A stretch of 64,000 nucleotides of DNA, taken from the IMG/VR virus record IMGVR_UViG_3300005529_000024, positions 64,001 to 128,000 of that record, one strand, 5' to 3'. The notes below the pieces were generated by a model that ran no database searches, was not told the DNA's origin, and saw only the letters and a program-made list of their open reading frames with translations. Source of the DNA: a virus. The position numbers and the translations under genes were made by a program. Positions 18,279 to 26,296 of this stretch are shown in pieces (the stretch's first letter is position 1; every line of letters begins with the position of its first letter).

Positions 18279-20765
18279 ATGTTCTCATCAATTGTATTTG
18301 GAGCATCTGGTTATGGCATAATTCCAAGTACAAGCGTGATCTTTTTAAGTGCCACACGCTCATTTAACGATGAATTCCTATTACAGCTTTCTAGAACTCG
18401 TTCGTTTAATTATGAGTTTCTTAAGCAATTAACTTCGAGTAAGGTTCATAACTATGAGTTTTTGAAGCAACTTGTAAGTGATCGTATCTTTGATTATGAG
18501 TATTTACTCCAATTAACGAGCGATAGATCCTTTTATTACGAGCTTCTTAAGCAATTAACTACTAGTAAGACGTTTAATGACGAATTCCTTAAACAGTTGA
18601 CGGCAAGTGGAATAGATAATTATGAGTTTCTTAAGCAATTAACAAATGATCGGATTTCTAATTACGAATTTTTAAAGCAGCTAACGACAAGCAAGATTTT
18701 TTATTACGAGTTTCTTTTACAGTCTACTGCTAGCAATATCCTCAGAGATGAATGGACGCTTCAGCTTAACAAATCCAAATCTTTTAATGACGAATGGACG
18801 AAGCTTATATATGATGACCGGGATGTTTTATATGAATTAACTCTTTTAATTAGCTCAGATAGAGCAACCAATAATGAAGCCGCTGGTGTCTCAACAAGCA
18901 ATAAGTCTTTTAGCGATGAGTGGTTACTCAGCATATCAGAAGACAGATCATTTTCAGATGAGTTCGGCATCCTTTTGTCTAATTCAGAGTCTTCTCGTTA
19001 TGAGAGTCTTGCTCAATTAACACAAGATCGTAATATCCTATATGAGTTATTAAACCTCGTAATTGATGATCGTATTTTTGATTACGAGATCAGCATACGC
19101 TCAGTATCTACTCAGCGTGATGTTGAGTATGAGTTTTTACAGCGTTTAACATCTAATAGATTATTCGACTATGAGTCTAGCGTATTCCTATCACAGGTTG
19201 AATTATCAAGTTATGAGTTTCTAAAGCAAATTGATGGTCTAGAAGTATTTAATAGCGAGTACAAAGGTTATTTCAATATATCAAGGTTATTTAACTATTC
19301 AACCTCTAGAGTATTAATACGGTCTAGATCTTTCAATGATGAATACAATGTTCTCCGGCTTCTTTCCAGACGTTTTAATGATGAGTATCTTGCCTCAATT
19401 ATTAATGGCGAGTTTCGTGGTATAGCTTGGGAACATCTTAAGCAACTCACTGTTGACTCGATATCACAATATTCTTTTGGAGCTAGCAGTTTATCGTTAA
19501 AGACATTTAATGATGAGGCTTATGGACTAATTACCTCAGACAGATTGGTTCGTTATGAGTTTCTAAAGAGATTCTTTACGAGATCATCCAGTAATCTTGA
19601 GTATAATATATTACTCAATTCATCTAAGCTATATAATGCTGAGTTTTTGCAGAGGCTTACTAATAGTCGATTGTTCAACGATGAAGCTCATGGAGTAATC
19701 CTAAGATCCAGGTCTTTAAACACAGAATGGTTAAGACTATTATCAAACAGCCGTTTATCTTCATATGAGTTCCTAAAGCAGTTTTCGAATGGCAGGAGTT
19801 TTAACCAGGAATATTCTAATAGGCTTGCGAAGAATCTGTCTAATCCCTATGAATATCTGAGGAAGCTTCGCTTAGCAAGATCATTTAGATATGAGTATTC
19901 TTCTCGTGTTCTTTATAACTCAATTAGCTCCTATGAGTATCTAGCTAGCATAATTGAGAAGAGGCTCTTCCTTGACGAATTTATAAGTAGTGATAAAAAG
20001 CTTGGCACGTTCTTTACTGAGTTTTACGGTCCAGCTATTAGCTCCAGGACATTCAATGATGAATATCTTATGTCTCTTTCACGTCAGAGAGCTATCGATT
20101 ATGAGCTAACAAGATCCATAATCGAGCGTAGGGTGTTTATTTACGAATCATTGCAGCGTATATCAAGATACGCCATTTCTACTGTTGAGGCTTTACGCAG
20201 GCTCAACGTTAATAGAACCGTGAATGATGAGATTCTATCCAGCGTTGTTAATGAGTCTATCTTTCGATATGAGCTACTATTAAGATTATTGAATAACAGA
20301 GTATTCAATGATGAGGCGTATGGATTTTTCTTCGAGAGATCCATAACCAATTATGAGAGTAAGAACACAGTACATAGCAATCGTATAAGTAATGTTGAAA
20401 GTCTTGCGTCAATCAATAACCGTGAGCAGATTGTATACGAAACGTTAGAACGTCTCTATGAGACATTAAAGCTTAACAATGAGCACATCCAGCGTTTGTA
20501 TTCAAGTAGTATTTCTCGATATGAATTTTCCGGATCTCTAACAGAAATCTCCCAGAACCTATATGAGATAATCCGGACTATTCTACAGCAATCTACTGTA
20601 CATGATGAAGGAAAGGGTATTATCACAAAGCAGAGAATCGCTAACTACGAAGAGGCTAAGACATTTCCTAGCTACGCTTTGGGTCTGAGTATATTCTCTG
20701 TGCCTGCTATCTCTATCAAGGTTTCTGCATCTGTGAAAGTAACAGATGAGGAGGTTAATCCATAA
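18279..20765 (+). CDS. Long 14-aa-repeat scaffold protein (roughly 55 units)
   Basis: Tandem units RTRSFNYEFLKQLT / SSKVHNYEFLKQLV / SDRIFDYEYLLQLT...; 42-bp DNA periodicity near the 5' end. Confidence 0.8.
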   Translation: MFSSIVFGASGYGIIPSTSVIFLSATRSFNDEFLLQLSRTRSFNYEFLKQLTSSKVHNYEFLKQLVSDRIFDYEYLLQLTSDRSFYYELLKQLTTSKTFNDEFLKQLTASGIDNYEFLKQLTNDRISNYEFLKQLTTSKIFYYEFLLQSTASNILRDEWTLQLNKSKSFNDEWTKLIYDDRDVLYELTLLISSDRATNNEAAGVSTSNKSFSDEWLLSISEDRSFSDEFGILLSNSESSRYESLAQLTQDRNILYELLNLVIDDRIFDYEISIRSVSTQRDVEYEFLQRLTSNRLFDYESSVFLSQVELSSYEFLKQIDGLEVFNSEYKGYFNISRLFNYSTSRVLIRSRSFNDEYNVLRLLSRRFNDEYLASIINGEFRGIAWEHLKQLTVDSISQYSFGASSLSLKTFNDEAYGLITSDRLVRYEFLKRFFTRSSSNLEYNILLNSSKLYNAEFLQRLTNSRLFNDEAHGVILRSRSLNTEWLRLLSNSRLSSYEFLKQFSNGRSFNQEYSNRLAKNLSNPYEYLRKLRLARSFRYEYSSRVLYNSISSYEYLASIIEKRLFLDEFISSDKKLGTFFTEFYGPAISSRTFNDEYLMSLSRQRAIDYELTRSIIERRVFIYESLQRISRYAISTVEALRRLNVNRTVNDEILSSVVNESIFRYELLLRLLNNRVFNDEAYGFFFERSITNYESKNTVHSNRISNVESLASINNREQIVYETLERLYETLKLNNEHIQRLYSSSISRYEFSGSLTEISQNLYEIIRTILQQSTVHDEGKGIITKQRIANYEEAKTFPSYALGLSIFSVPAISIKVSASVKVTDEEVNP

Positions 20766-21286
20766 TGGCTAATGTTTTACAGCAATCAACATTCGGGAAT
20801 GAGGCACGTGGCTTCTCATCCCAACAGAAGTCTGCCAATTATGAATTTGCTCCAATCCTTGGTGGTTATAGTCTTTCATTGATTGTTTTTTCTAAGGATG
20901 TTCTATCAATAGAACTTTTTTCAAACAGATTCGGAGGATACACAATGCTTCCCGCTCAGTATGATATGGGGGCTACAATTCCAATTTTAGCTTCCTTTTC
21001 TTTGACACCACCCTTTGGTGAGGCTATACCATCGGATATGGATCAAGCATTAATTACTATCGTTGATCCAAACGGTACTCTTGTTATCAATGCAGCTAGC
21101 ATGACACGAGTTCCGGATGTGGCCCCAACAGACATAAATCCGAGTGGCGTTAATAATGCGGGGAATTATTTTTACGATTATAACTCCGTGATAAATCCTG
21201 TGCTTGGTGTGTACCAAGTTAAGGTGCAGGGCATTAGGGCATTAACAACAGGCATAATAAAAGAATTTCTATTCCAGCTATCTTAG
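20765..21286 (+). CDS. Two repeat units plus an Ig-like / BppU-like adaptor domain; possible internal start at 20945
   Basis: N-terminal TFGNEA and ANYEF units; C-terminal ITIVDPNG...GNYFYDY...GVYQVKV beta-sandwich; GGAGG at 20933-20937. Confidence 0.55.
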   Translation: MANVLQQSTFGNEARGFSSQQKSANYEFAPILGGYSLSLIVFSKDVLSIELFSNRFGGYTMLPAQYDMGATIPILASFSLTPPFGEAIPSDMDQALITIVDPNGTLVINAASMTRVPDVAPTDINPSGVNNAGNYFYDYNSVINPVLGVYQVKVQGIRALTTGIIKEFLFQLS

Positions 21287-21297
21287 AGAGGAACAAT

Positions 21298-22608
21298 ATG
21301 TCAAATAGCAAGATTGCGTCAGATGTCGCTACCAGACGTGCGGTACGTAAGATTTTTGAGCAAAGTCGATCTGATCAGACGGATCAACTTATTATCGAGC
21401 AAAACACTAAAGTACACCAGGATAAGTTCCTTGTAATCACGGATACTGGATCTGTTCTGCACATCGCTAAGAATCTCCTTGACGAAGGTGCCAGTGTTAT
21501 AGCTTGTATTCTTGATCCGGCCTATAAAGATGTCTATGAGGATATTGTTCCTAAGATACAGAATTATAATATCGCATTGGCTGATGGTGACAGGATTATA
21601 ATCTTCGATAGCAAGAATATCGAGTTAGCGGAAAGACTTCGGAGAGAAGATTACGCTGTTATCGGCGGTGGGTCTTTTAGTACAATGGATACCGTTAACC
21701 TGTATTCTATCTTAGAATCTGAAGGTCTCTCTCATCCAGAGATCTCCCGTTATAGCGGTTCTGATCTTCTTAAGCTTGAGAATGCATCCTTCCCTTATTC
21801 ATTTAGATCTACTGTAGACGGTCAGTCTTATTTTCTTAAAGATCGTGGCGACATATTGGAGAATGTAGCGCGGTTTGGTGAGGAGACTATCCTCAATCTC
21901 CGTAAGCATGTGGATGGTCCTGAATTAAAGATAGAGGCATGGTATGACGGCGAGAAATTCTGCTCTGATAGTGTCTCTATATTTGAAGGTCATAATTTCC
22001 TCCCTGGTGATTTGGGCGTAAATGTTGACTGTGCTTATAGCCTTACTGTGCCGGGAATATGTGATTCCTTATTCGAGAGTACTCTTAAGAAACTGGAAAA
22101 GCATCTTGGTTATGGATATGCTGGACCCGTTCAATTAACTCTTGCGATTTCGAGGGAGAATAAGACACCATATGTTATCGAGGCTTCTACCGATTGGTTG
22201 ACCTCTGGTATGCTGAGCCTTGTAAATACCTCCTTAATTAAGTTCTTTAAGTCTCTATGCGAGGGTACTCTTGACGTGCAGTTAGGTCATGCTTCACGTG
22301 CTGGAGTTCGAGTATCTATCCCTCCTTATCCGATCTTAACCGAGGGTATAGAGAATATTCCTGTTCGAGTCCCAGAAGAATCGTTTATTAACCTTAGCTT
22401 AAAGCTTCAGAATGACGTTCTTTGTACAACAGGCTCAACTGGTCTGTTAGGGGAAGTTTTTGCTGTTGATAAACAACCTTATACCGCTGTTAAGAAGATG
22501 CATGAGATTGCCAAGAACATAAAGTTGTCTCAGAAGCAGTATCGTTCTGATGCATGTGAGTCTGCACTCCGTAGGCTTACAGAGATCAAAAACATGAAAG
22601 TATTGTGA
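21298..22608 (+). CDS. PurD-like ATP-grasp protein with degenerate catalytic motifs
   Basis: AVIGG, VDGPELKIEAWYDG, FLPGDLG, GYAGPVQL, VSIPPYP and QYRSD match the PurD-like layout; the usual TGxMG and E-x-x-x-RFG motifs read VDCAY and EASTDW. Confidence 0.65.
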   Translation: MSNSKIASDVATRRAVRKIFEQSRSDQTDQLIIEQNTKVHQDKFLVITDTGSVLHIAKNLLDEGASVIACILDPAYKDVYEDIVPKIQNYNIALADGDRIIIFDSKNIELAERLRREDYAVIGGGSFSTMDTVNLYSILESEGLSHPEISRYSGSDLLKLENASFPYSFRSTVDGQSYFLKDRGDILENVARFGEETILNLRKHVDGPELKIEAWYDGEKFCSDSVSIFEGHNFLPGDLGVNVDCAYSLTVPGICDSLFESTLKKLEKHLGYGYAGPVQLTLAISRENKTPYVIEASTDWLTSGMLSLVNTSLIKFFKSLCEGTLDVQLGHASRAGVRVSIPPYPILTEGIENIPVRVPEESFINLSLKLQNDVLCTTGSTGLLGEVFAVDKQPYTAVKKMHEIAKNIKLSQKQYRSDACESALRRLTEIKNMKVL

Positions 22609-22616
22609 GGGAGAGT

Positions 22617-22943
22617 ATGAATACACTAAAAATGGCTTTTCTTTTCTTGAAGAAACATTGGTATCTTGCGATAGCTGCGTTAGTCTTTGTGGCTGGTTGG
22701 GTTCTACGAGGTAAGGATTCCGCTTCAAATAATGACTTGTACGGTAAGATCCAAGCACGTCATGATGAAGTTGACAAGAATATCCTGGTCGCACAAATTA
22801 AGAAGGATAGTCAAGTCAATGACCTTATTCAACAGAAGAACATTAAGCTTGAGGAATTAGAAAGAGAAAAGGTTCAGAAGTTAGCTGAAGTAAAATCTGA
22901 TCCGGACAAGCTTGCAGACGCATTGAATAAGCTAACAAACTAA
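22617..22943 (+). CDS. Membrane-anchored coiled-coil protein (inner-spanin-like)
   Basis: N-terminal TM (WYLAIAALVFVAGWVL) then coiled coil; ATG 22617 after GAGGGAG. Confidence 0.5.
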   Translation: MNTLKMAFLFLKKHWYLAIAALVFVAGWVLRGKDSASNNDLYGKIQARHDEVDKNILVAQIKKDSQVNDLIQQKNIKLEELEREKVQKLAEVKSDPDKLADALNKLTN

Positions 22944-22957
22944 ATAGGAGAATAACA

Positions 22958-23407
22958 TTGAAGAGATTAATTATACTTGTGTTGGTTCTTCTTATGGCTT
23001 TTCCTCCTCTCTTACTCGCTCAAGCCAAAGCTCAAGAAGTAACGCCATTTCAGAAGGATATCTACTACGGTCATAAAGGTGATGTCCTCAAATATGATTC
23101 CTATGTTGTACCTCCAGATCGGGCTGAGAAGCTCTTTGAATTGGCTAACGAGGCTGGTATTCTTGAGAGACGATACAATCTAGAGCTTGACACAGAGAAG
23201 CAGATCAATAAGATTAATACTGATTTTCTTACTCAATCTTATGAGGCTAAGCTTGCTGCTCGTAATGCGGACATTGCTGATTTGAAAAAGGCACTCAATA
23301 AAAAAGATCGGTTTTATGAGAAGAGGGAGTTTGGGTTTATTGTTGGTGTGGCTGTTACGGTGTTGTCATTCTTTCTTGCTTCATCTGCAATTAAAAGTGC
23401 TCGTTAA
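22958..23407 (+). CDS. Signal-peptide, coiled-coil, C-terminal TM protein (spanin-partner-like)
   Basis: MKRLIILVLVLL...AQA signal peptide; C-terminal FGFIVGVAVTVLSFFLA; no lipobox Cys. Confidence 0.45.
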   Translation: MKRLIILVLVLLMAFPPLLLAQAKAQEVTPFQKDIYYGHKGDVLKYDSYVVPPDRAEKLFELANEAGILERRYNLELDTEKQINKINTDFLTQSYEAKLAARNADIADLKKALNKKDRFYEKREFGFIVGVAVTVLSFFLASSAIKSAR

Positions 23408-23413
23408 AAACTT

Positions 23414-23459
23414 AATCTACACTTTATCGCTAGTCGGTAAGGTGTAGATTTTCTTTTTT
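23414..23459. terminator. Terminator between convergent gene blocks
   Basis: AATCTACACTTTATCG-CTAGT-CGGTAAGGTGTAGATT hairpin with a downstream T tract. Confidence 0.7.
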
Positions 23460-23751
23460 AAGTGTATCGATAAGCTCATCAGCAGTTCGTTTGATCTCAT
23501 AGGCCGCTACCTTTCCAACATCTCCATCAGTAAGATGTATATGCCTTGAGATTGTTTCTAACTGTTCGATCATCCATTTTTTATTGACTTCTTCCATCGG
23601 TTGACCTCAGCTATGAGTTTTTTGGTCGCCTTGATCTCTAAGCCACAATTATTACAAATCTGTGTTTTAATGTCTAAGATCCAATCGTGCCCGGATTTGA
23701 TCGGATTGCCATATTGGTCTTCACATCGTTTAATATTCATTTTGGCTCCAG

Positions 23752-24054
23752 CTAGAACGTAAGCACGAAGTAGAATCCTTCCCCTACTTCTCCTGGTCTA
23801 AATGGGTGTACACTTTCAGTAGTCTGATCATCCATGAGGATATTAAATCTCTTCTTCCCAATGGATAAAACCTCCATACTGCTTGCGAATATCATGTCCC
23901 CTTTCTTGTCTATCAGTGTACCACAGACAAGGATTTTCGGTGGATCATCGAAGAGGGTATGATATGCTTTAATCTTCTTTTTAAGAAGAGACAAATCGCT
24001 TGAGAAAAGTAATACTGTCGTCTTCGTAGGTTTGTAGGCCATGTTGTTCCCCAT
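23752..24054 (-). CDS. Hypothetical protein
   Basis: Part of a tightly packed minus-strand small-gene cluster. Confidence 0.5.
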   Translation of the reverse strand: MGNNMAYKPTKTTVLLFSSDLSLLKKKIKAYHTLFDDPPKILVCGTLIDKKGDMIFASSMEVLSIGKKRFNILMDDQTTESVHPFRPGEVGEGFYFVLTF

Positions 24055-24260
24055 TTTTATGTTGCTAAAGTAGTGGACCTTGAGTTTGTCTTGAAACGTA
24101 GAGTTCCAATCGCTTGATCTCTTGTATCAAAGCATGGATTACTTCAGAAGCGGTAAAGAGATCAAAGACATCATCCTCAACTAAAATATCCGTGACTTTC
24201 GAGACGGTTGTTCCTTCCTTAATTAATTTTCTGAGGGAATTGGAGAATTTCTCGCTCATA

Positions 24261-24557
24261 TTAATCCTCCTTTGTTTTAACATCTCTTGCACTGATAATA
24301 TCCGCTGCCATCCAGATAATTCGCATTTCATTTAATTCTCTATCCGCTAACTTTATTAACTTTTCTGAGTAATAATCGCTCTCGATTAATTCACTGTTTA
24401 AATCTTGATCGGTAATGAGATCTAACTGTCTTCGGATGTGTTGATTTTTCAATACAGCTTTCATCGCACCACTGATATGTTTGGCACCTTTGGCTTGTTC
24501 CAGTGTCATATCAATTGTGAACCTACCGAAGAATGCTGTCTTGGTTAATCCGCTCAT
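24261..24557 (-). CDS. Hypothetical protein, tandem paralog A
   Basis: AFFGRFTIDMTLEQAK...NEMRIIWMAA; start moved to the ATG at 24557 by alignment with its paralog. Confidence 0.65.
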   Translation of the reverse strand: MSGLTKTAFFGRFTIDMTLEQAKGAKHISGAMKAVLKNQHIRRQLDLITDQDLNSELIESDYYSEKLIKLADRELNEMRIIWMAADIISARDVKTKED

Positions 24558-24558
24558 C

Positions 24559-24888
24559 TTAGTCCCCATCAGGTGACAATACTGCTTGCTGTGATGTAGG
24601 TTGCCAAAACTTAAAATTAATATTGCCTGCCGCAATCCAGACGATACGCATTTCGTTGATCTCCCTATCAGTCAACTCTTCAGGAGAATAACCGCCATCT
24701 CTTAATTCGTTAATCAGATCGTCATCGTTGATGAGATCCAGTTGCTTTCGAATAGCGGGATTTTTCAACAGAGCTTTCGCGTCTTCGTCACAACGGCCAG
24801 TATGGTATGTATCTTTAGCCTGCTCTTTTGTCATCTCAATTGTGAATCTATTAAAGAATGCTGCCTCTATTTTATGCATTTTTCCCAA
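24559..24888 (-). CDS. Hypothetical protein, tandem paralog B
   Basis: AFFNRFTIEMTKEQAK...NEMRIVWIAA. Confidence 0.65.
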   Translation of the reverse strand: MGKMHKIEAAFFNRFTIEMTKEQAKDTYHTGRCDEDAKALLKNPAIRKQLDLINDDDLINELRDGGYSPEELTDREINEMRIVWIAAGNINFKFWQPTSQQAVLSPDGD

Positions 24889-24897
24889 CTCCCGTTA

Positions 24898-25236
24898 CTA
24901 TCTGATTTTATCGATCTCCTTCTGGATCTCTGCCAACTCGGATGCATATTTCAAGATTAAATCTTCTGACTCAGAACGAAACCCACTACATGCTTCACTG
25001 TTAATACTTTTGAATTGTTTGTGCTCTTTTTCTGGAATGCAGCTATTCCTCATCCAGTGACAACAATTACCACAGCGTCTTGCTGTAACAGATGATAATT
25101 GCTGTTTTACTTGTCGCTTCTTATCTTCGAGACAAACTAACTTTGAGACTTCCATGAAGCTATCGAATATCCTATCAGTTAGGCTACTCAATTTATCCTC
25201 CTTTGGCTTTTTGAAGAGCAGCTTCAGTTTTTTCAA
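24898..25236 (-). CDS. Hypothetical Cys-cluster protein
   Basis: CGNCCHW...C...CSGF motif; true start uncertain. Confidence 0.45.
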   Translation of the reverse strand: MKKLKLLFKKPKEDKLSSLTDRIFDSFMEVSKLVCLEDKKRQVKQQLSSVTARRCGNCCHWMRNSCIPEKEHKQFKSINSEACSGFRSESEDLILKYASELAEIQKEIDKIR

Positions 25237-25544
25237 TTGTTCTGATCAGGTTGCAGCAGCAGATATTGACAGAATGGTCACAGGGTCCGATTTCTTTCAG
25301 GGTAATTTTCAATTCCTCCAGGGCCATCGTCAGTGCGTCAAAAAGATCTTGTGCAGCATCAGTTAAACTATTATTTGGTTTTGGATTTTTCATTTTCATC
25401 CTCCCCTAGATCTACTGGTTGCCGACAGGTTAAGCAGTAATGTTTCCCGCTCACTAAGCGTTTGACGCCTGCCAGCAGCATAAATTTATCTTTTACTATT
25501 TTGTGCCCCAGATGCGGATTCTCTGTATCCATGAGCTTCCCTTC

Positions 25545-25853
25545 TTATTTCTTGACCGCAATGCTGAATGAGCCACAGCTATTATACACATGGAAACCGG
25601 ATAACTCATCATTTTCAAAAGCTGTAATATAATCGCGGGATCTACCGACAACCCATGCTCCAGTGATTCCGAGTGAGTGTTCCATATGCTTTTCTGTCTC
25701 AACAACTGGTTTAAATGATCTATCCTGGCTAAACACAATGCCATCTGTCATTCCATCGAACTCACTTTCATGGGCTATCAGGAGTTTGCCCTTATTCTTT
25801 TTGACAAAGCTTTTGAGTGTCGCCATCGTAGGTTTTGCCATCTCTCCCTCCAT
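25545..25853 (-). CDS. Hypothetical protein (first gene after the minus-strand promoter)
   Basis: GGAGGGAG RBS before MAKPTMATLKSF; follows the promoter at 25873-25900. Confidence 0.6.
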   Translation of the reverse strand: MEGEMAKPTMATLKSFVKKNKGKLLIAHESEFDGMTDGIVFSQDRSFKPVVETEKHMEHSLGITGAWVVGRSRDYITAFENDELSGFHVYNSCGSFSIAVKK

Positions 25854-25872
25854 TGTTTGTTTAGTTGACTAT

Positions 25873-25900
25873 AGTATATCAGCATTATTTGTTTTGTCAA
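25873..25900 (-). promoter_or_regulatory. Sigma70-type promoter (leftward)
   Basis: Minus strand TTGACA-16 bp-TATACT with extended -10 TG. Confidence 0.7.
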
Positions 25901-25929
25901 GAGCATTGCACAGATTATTATAATGTATC

Positions 25930-25958
25930 TTGACAAAGTTTCTAAAATGTGGTATAAT
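25930..25958 (+). promoter_or_regulatory. Sigma70-type promoter (rightward)
   Basis: TTGACA-17 bp-TATAAT with extended -10 TG; perfect consensus. Confidence 0.9.
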
Positions 25959-25984
25959 TCATACAAATAAAACTGGAGTATACT

Positions 25985-26194
25985 ATGGCCGCTGCTGAGA
26001 TTTATAAATCTAAAACTGAGTCGTTTTTTGTCAAGGTCACAAGTAGGTATGATGGGAAAGTTACTGTTATTTATTCACACTTTTCTAAAGACGGTACTTT
26101 CGATGGTGGTACTAAGTTTACGAGCGTTCTGGACGAAAAGAAGTTTGACGAATCTATCCAAAACGGAAAATACGCACGTGTAACGGGTGAATAA
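25985..26194 (+). CDS. Small hypothetical early protein
   Basis: GGAG RBS, directly after a consensus promoter. Confidence 0.65.
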   Translation: MAAAEIYKSKTESFFVKVTSRYDGKVTVIYSHFSKDGTFDGGTKFTSVLDEKKFDESIQNGKYARVTGE

Positions 26195-26197
26195 AAG

Positions 26198-26296
26198 ATG
26201 ATTGTCCTTACTTATTTACAACTTTTTCTTACTATTTTCACGTCTATATTCCTGGCGCTTATAGCTGCTCCGTTTATCTGGAGATTAGTCAGGTAG
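26198..26296 (+). CDS. 32-aa single-TM peptide
   Basis: MIVLTYLQLFLTIFTSIFLALIAAPFIWRLVR; starts 3 nt after the previous stop; below the ORF-track cutoff. Confidence 0.45.
   Translation: MIVLTYLQLFLTIFTSIFLALIAAPFIWRLVR

Noticed and set aside
18350-18800. 42-bp DNA periodicity as a CRISPR array or DGR template/variable repeat
   Set aside because: Repeats are degenerate, in frame and explained by the 14-aa protein repeat; there are no spacers, cas genes, reverse transcriptase or adenine-specific mismatch pattern.
21298-22608. PurZ / Z-genome or purine-biosynthesis auxiliary gene
   Set aside because: The protein is ATP-grasp PurD-like, not PurA-like, and no partner pathway genes are in the window.
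728-22794. Minus-strand and nested ORFs within structural genes (and similar ones in the replication block)
   Set aside because: Antisense shadows of codon-biased plus-strand genes, with no RBS or recognisable motifs.
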